Part shown: positions 55,421 to 64,000 of the stretch, one piece after another
How positions within the stretch are numbered: position 1 is the first letter of the stretch
Layout: each line of letters opens with the position of its first letter
Source: Antedon mediterranea
Lineage: Eukaryota > Animalia > Echinodermata
NCBI RefSeq assembly: GCF_964355755.1
Contig: NC_092670.1
Location: forward strand, 33,344,388-33,408,387
DNA: 64,000 bases
Reading direction: 5' to 3'
The notes under the pieces: model-generated
The model's input: the letters and a program-made list of their open reading frames with translations, nothing else
The model's database searches: none
What the model was told of the DNA's origin: nothing
Made by a program: the position numbers and the translations under genes

Positions 55421-55609
55421 CAGCGGCTATGAGTGCTCACTGGCTAAACCCAGAGGCCTGGAGCTTATGGGGCCCCTGAGCAGGGCACAGATGAAAGAAA
55501 TGCATTAAAATATGTAGAAAAGGGCTAAAAATGGCTGTTGCCTCCAGCGTTGGGAGGGCCACTTAGCGTTCCTAAATCAGAGGCTTGAGGCCTCTGCATT
55601 ACACCACTG
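55421..55609. mobile_element. hAT-like MITE with 8-bp TSD
   Basis: cagcgg...ccactg termini; CCAATTAC at 55413-55420 and 55610-55617. A related copy lies at about 52508-52638 (shared ctggctaaacccagag and ctgcattaca). Confidence 0.7.
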
Positions 55610-55621
55610 CCAATTACTTAC

Positions 55622-55749
55622 TGTCCTCCATTTGCATGTATTACCACAGATTCTTTTCCAGTGCTAATGATACCGTTTACACTGTCTAAGATTTCATTGT
55701 TTACAAGTTTGTAGAGCAAGAGACGAGTCTTTGGATCAACAGCTTGTTC
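55622..55749 (-). CDS. RIOK3: RIOK3 exon (phosphate-binding loop)
   Basis: EQAVDPKTRLLLYKLVNNEILDSVNGIISTGKESVVIHANGG contains the STGKES motif. Confidence 0.96.
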
Positions 55750-56289
55750 CTAAAATTAAAAAGAAATATTTAAAAAAAAACAATAATTTACCATTCACTT
55801 GACATTATTCGCGTGTTTATAATTTCGTGGATGCCATTTTAGTTGAAACTTAAGCCTTTAACATAACTTTTTGTATTACAAAGTAAAAAGGTCAATTAGA
55901 TGGCCGTTTTTCTTAGCAAGTCTAGGCCTAGACAAGGTGCCGTAGGCTAGGACTAGGCCTGTTGAAATTGTTGTGGTGATTTTTATCAAGGAGTTGACAT
56001 TTTCCCGGTAAGGTTCCCAATCACAAAAATTAAACCACCGCAAGAATAACAACATATACATTATTTAAAAAATAGTTTAGGGAGTGGAGAAGAAACAGTT
56101 GAGGTCAGGATTGAACCCAGACCTTTGGTTTAATATGTCATGACAGTCTAAATCCCTATTAAATACCACATAAGTATTCTGTTAATTTTGTTTGGGACAG
56201 TGTGAGTGAATATGGGTAGGTTGTAATGTTAAAATCTATATTGCCCCTTGTTCGTGTTCCAGGAAAGTGTCCCACTGCTTATGCACAAT

Positions 56290-56449
56290 AGAGAGCCTTT
56301 GATTTGCGATGACCAAAAACGAAACTACGTCCTTGCTACTTACATCGACATAGGTTTGATGGGTTCTAGGTCCAGTGATGACCAACAACACATCAATTGA
56401 CCTGACCGACCTAGGTTGGTCATCGGTCGTTGCAAATAGACAGCTCCCA
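56290..56449. mobile_element. MITE family B, second copy
   Basis: Shares termini and the tttgatgg..t.tagg / cctaggttgg.c.tcggtc segments with 15870-16036 in reverse orientation. Confidence 0.5.
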
Positions 56450-56458
56450 AATACTTAC

Positions 56459-56602
56459 CACTGTGGAATGTTCCTTTTTATCAGCTATTTTCTGTGCTTT
56501 CTTTTCCTCTGATTTTGAGTGCTTTTTCAGTGAGTTGTATACTCTATTTGATAGTTGCATATCCATGCCAAGACTGTCACCGCTATGGAAACCAGGTGGG
56601 AA
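56459..56602 (-). CDS. RIOK3: RIOK3 exon
   Basis: FPPGFHSGDSLGMDMQLSNRVYNSLKKHSKSEEKKAQKIADKKEHSTV; phase 0-0. Confidence 0.93.
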
Positions 56603-57421
56603 CTAAAGAACAACAATTATTTATTTACATTTCAGAAAAATCAAAAAATTATTCCTTATAGTGGAGTCTGTTAGAATTGAAATAAGTGTTTTCTTCCAAA
56701 AGCACAACCTTTAGCATACATTTGGTATATTAGAACATTTTACAAGATATTCAAAAACAATAGCATTGTATAGCAGGATTGAACAACACTACAATATAGT
56801 TCTTTTGTATGCTACTATTTGCATTCAAGTTCATTTAAAATTTGTTAATTATTGGGTCTATTTCTTTTCACATTTCTACAGATATTTTCTCAAATCATGC
56901 TAATTATTTAATTTAAATATGAACTGAGGACTGCAGATAATGTAGAATTTGAAACAAAATATTGAACTTTATCATAAAACAATCTGGAGATAATAAATGA
57001 AAACTAAAACCAAAAGTCAATATAGGTATTTGACATTATGAAAATGAAAACAAAAACAATACGAGATAATCATGAATTGATGAGATAGCAATTAAACTGT
57101 ATTATCAGATGCTATTAATTACGAAAACTAGCTATTGGACATTATTATCAAATTAAGTACAACTTATTGTACTATTTATAAAAAAAGAAGACAAATGATA
57201 AATTATTTATTTATTCATTGCATTTCCTCATTGCTACACAACATTTTAAATTAACTACTTAAAATCAAAATGATCAACTAAAGGGCATGAACTGTTTGAT
57301 ACAGTATGTATTGAAAATTACACATTTAATCTGCTAAATGAATGTTATGTAATTAGTATGTACAGTTGAGTTACAATCCAAGCAAAAATCTTGTGCAATT
57401 AAACAATTTTAACCCCCTTAC

Positions 57422-57537
57422 CTGTTCTACTACTCGTGAAGCATTACGTCGGCCGCAAGTGGCTGCATCATGTTTTGTCGTTATGTTTTTACCTTGTCCG
57501 ATATACCCTTTCTTTGACGACACTGCAGTTGGTGTAA
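57422..57537 (-). CDS. RIOK3: RIOK3 exon
   Basis: KKGYIGQGKNITTKHDAATCGRRNA carries the conserved TKHD..CGR.N motif. Confidence 0.92.
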
Positions 57538-57805
57538 CTGGAAAAAATATAAATATTTATAGTAAAATCTTTGACAACTAACACTCAGACAACTAACACA
57601 ACTGCTGGTAGGAAAACTATACACCAGATAACTACCACCATTACAACTATCTTCAAGGACAAATGACCTCCAATCAACTACTACCCAAGCACCTATTTTC
57701 AAGAAGGGCAACTACCCTAAAAAAGGGCAACAAGCCTAAAGAAGGGCAACCAGACAACTTTTAATATAGTATCTAATGCCTGGACTAAAGTAACTAAGGT
57801 TTTAC

Positions 57806-57904
57806 CTGGAAAATAGAGAGATTCCTCAAGTTCGTCTGAATCTTCATCATCACTGTATTCAACTGCAGGGTGAACTGTTCTATAATTATTGAATGAAATT
57901 TGAA
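57806..57904 (-). CDS. RIOK3: RIOK3 exon
   Basis: VQISFNNYRTVHPAVEYSDDEDSDE...; phase 1-1. Confidence 0.9.
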
Positions 57905-58175
57905 CTGCAAGAACAAAGTAAAATTGGTTAAGTTGCAGCAATTATAAAGATTTAAAACTAGATGTCCAGTGTACAGTACATGTTACTGAACCAAGTGCAT
58001 CTTTGCCGCAATGTAAGGATCTCAACCCACTAGTGTCGTGGAGAGAGGAATTAGCACTATTTTGTGGCTGTTAGACGCGAAGAGACCTTTATGGACTCGA
58101 GTCTTACTGTTGTACTGATCTTCAATTGTTTTAAATATTTATATTGTATATTTATATGTTCATCATTATATTAAC

Positions 58176-58330
58176 CTTTGCTATCTTTATTGAAGTGTCT
58201 CTCTTCTTTAGTCAGCAACTTGTCGTGTTCTTTGTCATATTCTAGTTGTAACATCTGGGCTAGTAGCAGATCATTACTCGTATCTAAGTCAGAATCACCT
58301 GTTAGAAACTCACTTATACCATCTGAATTG
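58176..58330 (-). CDS. RIOK3: RIOK3 exon
   Basis: DTSNDLLLAQMLQLEYDKEHD is the RIOK3 N-terminal motif; phase 2-1. Confidence 0.92.
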
Positions 58331-58589
58331 CTGAAAATATATATTAAAAAAATATATTTTATTATCATGAATTAACGTTTATTTAACAATGGAAAGCATT
58401 TTTTAAGTTAAAATGTTGATTTATATTATACAGTCCTTAAACGTTTTAGGCTAGGTGGAAGATTTGCCACTGACACAACACAAAAATGACATCACAAGCG
58501 AGAGACTACTGGCTGCCATACTGGGCTGGTTCTTTCAAAACCAAATGAAGTTTGTTGGATATCATACTGTTTTTATTACTCAATGTATA

Positions 58590-58747
58590 GCTTGGTTCCC
58601 ACTAGAGACACAAACACAAAGACGTAATGCAACACAACTGATTCAACCCATCACATGAGATGGATTATTCAAACTGTCTCTTGTCATTGGTTAACTCGCA
58701 TATGTTGCATCTACATCCTTATGTTGTGTCTCTAGTGGGAACTAAGC
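58590..58747. mobile_element. MITE family A
   Basis: gcttggttcccactagagacacaa / ttgtgtctctagtgggaactaagc TIRs. Confidence 0.8.
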
Positions 58748-58843
58748 TTAAATAATTAAAACATCTTTCAAGAGGGTACACATAGGCCTAGATCAATTCT
58801 AATACATTGCAAGCTCTATTAAAATTAAACAACAAAATCTCAC

Positions 58844-59028
58844 TCTTTGTCAGCATCTAGTATTGAGACATCAACAACCTCTTCTTGTTTCTGATATTCT
58901 CTGGCTAACTCTTCATCCATGACAGTTGTTAATGAACAAGGCACAGTGGGCTGAGCTGTAATTCCCCATGGACTTGATTTTAATGTTGTTTCAGGTTTTT
59001 GCACAATAACTTCACTTCTACCCTCCAT
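58844..59028 (-). CDS. RIOK3: RIOK3 first coding exon
   Basis: MEGRSEV...SPWG...CSLTTVMDEELA; donor gtgag. The joined CDS is 1641 nt (546 aa). Confidence 0.88.
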
Positions 59029-60160
59029 TTTTAATAGTACTGTATTACTTAAAATTTGTTAAATATATTGCACTGGTTGTTTTTTTCTTTTGGTTTGGTA
59101 CTAAAAAGTAATAAAAGTATCAATCAATACCTTACAAAATCAATTTTAAACTTATCTAGGTCTAGGCCTAGCTATTATTAATTATACAAGGCAAGGTATA
59201 TTTATCCATCATGCCTAGCTAGGAGACAGTACTACGTGCTAGGCCTAGGTCTATTAATTAGGATGCGAAGTAGTAGTTAGTAGTCAGTAGGCTACACCCG
59301 GCCTCTCTCTAGCCAGACCTAGGCTAGGCCCCTAGGCCTACTCGTTAGGCTAGCTCAACTGGACTCTGCCCTGGAGCCTTTTATTTTTTTTACATTTTTT
59401 TTAAGGCTAAAGGCTTTAGCCTTAAAAAAATTGTTGTAAGATTAAGAAAATTATAAAAATCATATTAATAAATAGGACTACTGCTGTAATATAAGCCTGC
59501 TGCCTATATAGGCCCTAGCCCACTATATAGGGCCGGCCTAAACTAGCTTGCCAAATGCTCTATATAGGCCTAGCCAAGGAGAGATAGGTAGGCCTAGCTA
59601 GAGGGCCCCAGCCATCCGCGGGTCCGTCTAGACCTAGCCAAATTAAAGACAGACAGTACCTTGGACCTGGCTAGACATCATTAGCCTGGCTAGACATCAT
59701 TAGCCTAGCTAGCCTCTACTAGGCCTAGCCTATTTTAACCTAATTTTCTGGATTAAGCTAGTACTAGGGCAGTAATTACTATATTTTTACAATATTACCT
59801 TCGTCGTTAACTTTATAAAATCTTTGTAAAATGAAATGTTGTCAGTGAAATGATAAATTTATGTTCTTTTGTTGGTGTTGCACAACTGCACGAAATGTGG
59901 CTTTCGCGCAAATGTAGCAGATGACATCACTGCTACTCCCCGACGACACAGCATTCAATGCGTTTCAAGATTGGTTGCAAACGCATTGTTGACTCAAATT
60001 TGATCTCTAAAAGAAGTCCAGTCTCGAAGTCAATTCAAGATAAGTGATGGACTGTATTTGAATATCAAACAAAGGACAGGACAGGACAAAAATAAAAACA
60101 ATTGTGTTTTTTTATATCCAATAATATAGTGCCCTTACAACCCTTAATTATTGATCCTAA

Positions 60161-60304
60161 AGCTCTGTCTACACATGGAGTAAACTAAATTGACAAAAAA
60201 GTGTGATGTGCCCAAACATGGTATTGATATTACCATGTGTAGTGATATGACATCATCATGTTCATATGGGCATATTACATAGGTTTGATAGTGTATACAG
60301 AGCT
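60161..60304. mobile_element. MITE family C (possibly PIF/Harbinger-type)
   Basis: agctctgtctacac / gtgtatacagagct TIRs with taa and tta flanks. Confidence 0.7.
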
Positions 60305-61639
60305 TTACTCCGAGTTCTTCAAAGTCTGATTTTTCATCTTTATTTGTTTAATGTTTTTGGGGACAACATCTGACAAAGCCACGTTCACATCGAAATAGAC
60401 AAGAATGCGTAAACAGGACTCTTAGAAAAATAATATTATCAATTGTATACACGGGAAACAATATTTTAAGATATACATTGAGCTGAGGCCCTATATTAGA
60501 TAATGGACGTATAACTTTTAAGAATTGTCGCTGATTGCTCGTTTTCCTAAGGTAAGTTTATTAGTGTCCTTTTGGAATCCACTGTGATTGATAAAATATG
60601 GCAACCTCGACTGAGCATGCACGGATTGAACAATTTTTAATTTAATAAGTTAGTCAGAGCCATAATTACAATGAAATTGAGATTTTCTTCCTTTTTTTTA
60701 GTTAAGCATTAATTTATTTGAAATCGAAAACAAATAATAATATGTATAAAGCCCGGTATAAAGAAAACACAAAAAAATGTGGAAAGCGTTAAACGATAAG
60801 TTGACGCGTTTATAAAACCTTAGTCAATAAAACACGGATTTTATTCTTGGTTAGCGCCCTCTAGTTTCTAGATTTATTTTTAGCAAAGTACTATTAAATA
60901 TTGAAGCGCTATACAATCTTTGCTTAAATAGCCCCTATTAAACGAAAATAGAACATTACTACTCTGTCATGCGATCCTCTCCAAAATATTTCCGTTTGTT
61001 TTCATTTGCTATATTATATTTGCACAATTTTTGAATATCGCAGCAAAAAGTATCGCGAAGAAAATACTGAGACTAGTAGAATGAAGAAGACTAATTAAAT
61101 ATGATGTAAAATTGGTGTTATCCATTGCATCTCCCTGTCCATACCTAGACAACAAAGCACTGATCGCTCTGGCTGCCTAAAGAAGCTAGAGAATTAGACG
61201 GGGAATTAGAGTAAAGTTATGTTCCTTAATTAGATAAATCATGGAAACAAAGTTAATAAATAGAACATCGTTGTATTTGTTCGTAGTAGTGTGCTGATGA
61301 GTTCTTCAAACGGTTATATTCAATAATCTTTTAATATTTTGTTTAAAGAAAGAACGTTTAAAATGTAGCATTCACTTATATAATTATTTTATTGGAATTA
61401 ATTAATTAAAAACACGACACTGAACTCGCGGACGCACGTACGCTATTTAGTATTATGATATTTATATTGATGCTAATAAAAATATCGGACTCAAATTGCA
61501 TGAGGCATAAACCAATTATGGAATGTCTTATTCCAATAAGATGGTGGTACAGAAAGACACAATTAATTAGGTTCCATACGTAATAATACCTTCTACCCAC
61601 GCATTTCCTTCACAAAAACGTAAACCAGGACGTTAGGTA

Positions 61640-61943
61640 TGACGTCATATTTATTCACAAATAACATTTACGATGAAAGTTTTGTTGATTTTTTTTTACT
61701 ATAATGATAATATTGATTTCTAAAGAGTTTAAACACATCTTGAATTTAGTTTTGACAGAAAAGAAACCAGCCAAACCAAATAAGGTATGTTGAATTTACG
61801 TCTGTAAGCTTGTGTTTATACAATTTTGAATCTAAAAAAAACGTTAAGAAAAAAAAATTGAAATTAACAAAACTTTACATACCGCCCTCAAGTGCTTGTA
61901 AACAAATCTCGGACACTAAGTTTCATTTCTTAAAATGGCGGCG
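61640..61943 (+). promoter_or_regulatory. Candidate EXT1 promoter elements
   Basis: Palindromic CRE tgacgtca at 61640; YY1-like aaaatggcggc at 61932, about 120 bp before the ATG. Confidence 0.4.
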
Positions 61944-62055
61944 TAACGTGAGTGTGGTGGACTTTTCTCTTCGATGTTTTCTCTAATAATGTTGCATTTT
62001 ATCGTTCTCAAACCTTGAATTTCTGTCTGTTGTAAGTAGGACAAAGTCAGCCTCA

Positions 62056-62945
62056 ATGAAGGCGATTAAACGGTACGCTTTGGTGCTCGTAAGTGGTGTG
62101 TTATTACTGTTATTTTACTATGGAGGCTTACACATGAACTACGGGTCGATTCGGATTCCTCCACTGTCTCGTCGAAGCCTACGGTCATTTGTAAATTCAG
62201 ACGATATTAACTATGATTATGATGTTCATATAGCACCGAGTCAAAGAAGAGACTCGAGAAATAATTTATATAAAAATAGTAAATGTCGTATGGAAACATG
62301 TTTTGATTTTTCACTTTGTAAAAAAGGATTCAAAGTTTATGTTTATCAAAGTTCTTCCAAAGTAAGTCAAAGTTACAATAATATTTTAACTTCAATAAGA
62401 GAGTCTAGGTATTATACGAATAATCCGAAAGAAGCATGTTTGTTTGTGCTTTCTCTCGATACGCTAGACCGTGATGTTTTAAGTCCGGGATATATACAAG
62501 AATTGGAGTATAAAATAACGAGCCTTCCATACTGGAACAACGGTAGGAATCACGTTATATTTAATTTGTACTCCGGAACATGGCCCGATTACTTTGAAGA
62601 ATTCGGGTTTAATTTAGGTTACGCCATCATGGCAAAAGCTAGTTTTACTAAAAAAAACTTCCGAACAGGATTCGATATTTCACTGCCACTATTTCCGAAA
62701 GATCATCCTCAGAAACGAGGAGCTCCCGGCGAAATGGCAGGAAATAATTTTCCGCTTACGGGAAAGTACTTTATGGTTTTCAAAGGAAAACGTTACCTCA
62801 CAGGAATAGGATCCGATACAAGGAATGCCTTGCATCATGTGCATAACGGCAAGGATATAATTCTTTTGACAACATGCAAACACGGGAAGAACTGGAAAAA
62901 GCTTATGGACTCTCGGTGTAACAGTGACAATGCCGAGTTTGAAAA
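62056..62945 (+). CDS. EXT1: Exostosin-1 heparan sulfate glycosyltransferase, exon 1 (gene continues beyond the window)
   Basis: Type II signal anchor; [64 protein letters not shown]; donor aa|gtaagt at 62946. Confidence 0.96.
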
Positions 62946-64000
62946 GTAAGTGATTTTACATATTTGCCTTGTTAATATTAGACATTTTTATATGTTCTTT
63001 TCAGCTTTTTTTAACCAAAATTGTATACAGTGCTGTAGCAATCCAAAACCACAATTCCTATAAACTTTCTCAAATTTCCAACCAGACAGAGACGGGTTGG
63101 ACCAGACTACTGTATGTGGTGTCCAGTTATTGAGAAAGTTGCTCAATATGTAGTCATCATATCGTAGTGGTATTAATTTATGTTAACTATCTACTGTGAG
63201 TAGACTGTATATCCCTGAATGAAAGTCAACCAGTAATTTGAACCCAATTTTAATTGAAGGTTCTGAGCTGACTTAAGTGTTACAACAAAATAAGTACAAG
63301 GAATTTAATAACAGTCATTGGCTGTCAACATATTTATCATGATGTCAAAAGGCAGGTGTAAAGTGCTCTTAAAGAGCCATTCAAATTGCATATTGTACAA
63401 CCATTCATTTATTAATATTATATTTTATTATAAACTTGATTTTGATTTCTAAAGGAATTCTGTCTGATGATTGACATTTCAATATTACATTGTCATTCAT
63501 TATTAAATCATGTGATTGACTGATAAATCAAATATTTTGCTGTTTAAATATAAGCCACCTTTATACATAAAGTAATTGCCATTTATCTTGATTCTCAACT
63601 GATGTCAAGTACACTGCATGCAGACTTGGTCACTGAAACACCCTGTTAGGCTAATTCGATGAAAGACGAAATTCCAATTACACTCTACTTTTGCTTGTGA
63701 AATTATTTGTACCATTCCATTCATTATTCATTTGTATTATAAATCTGTTTGATGTATTCATCTTGACAGCAAAAAACCATGGAGGTTACTGAACAACCGC
63801 ATTATTTAAACTGATCCTACTACTGTAAACTCTTCCCTTCATTTTAACTGAAAATTAGATTAGTATGTGTTTTCTTCAATACTTTGTACATAGTTTTATG
63901 TCAACAACTCAAATTTCTGTATGGTATTCCTCAGTTGTAAGTAATGCTTACTAATACTATTGTGGTTAACATTTAACTGATACAGTTTTAGTACTTCCTT

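Overview
AT-rich, intron-containing animal genomic DNA. It is most likely from an invertebrate deuterostome such as an echinoderm, but this is an inference. Five genes were reconstructed by hand from GT-AG splice sites with consistent codon phase: (1) the last four exons of an SLC22A18-like MFS transporter (+, 1-2333); (2) a 5-exon, 384-aa protein joining a PHLDA-like PH domain to a PDZ domain (+, 8746-15178); (3) a GATA4/5/6-class transcription factor with 6 coding exons, 537 aa (+, 31097-46249); (4) RIOK3 kinase with 11 coding exons, 546 aa (-, 52148-59028); (5) the first exon of EXT1 (+, 62056-62945), divergent from RIOK3. Non-coding DNA contains tRNA-derived SINEs, several MITE families and tandem duplications. 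Most notable: tiny palindromes flanked by 7-bp direct repeats that look like P-superfamily excision footprints; the PH-PDZ gene beside SLC22A18, echoing the vertebrate SLC22A18-PHLDA2 pair; a GATA1/2/3-type N-terminal motif in a GATA4/5/6 protein; and a strong excess of the palindrome TAGGCCTA. All identifications come from reading the sequence and recalling family motifs; no searches were run.
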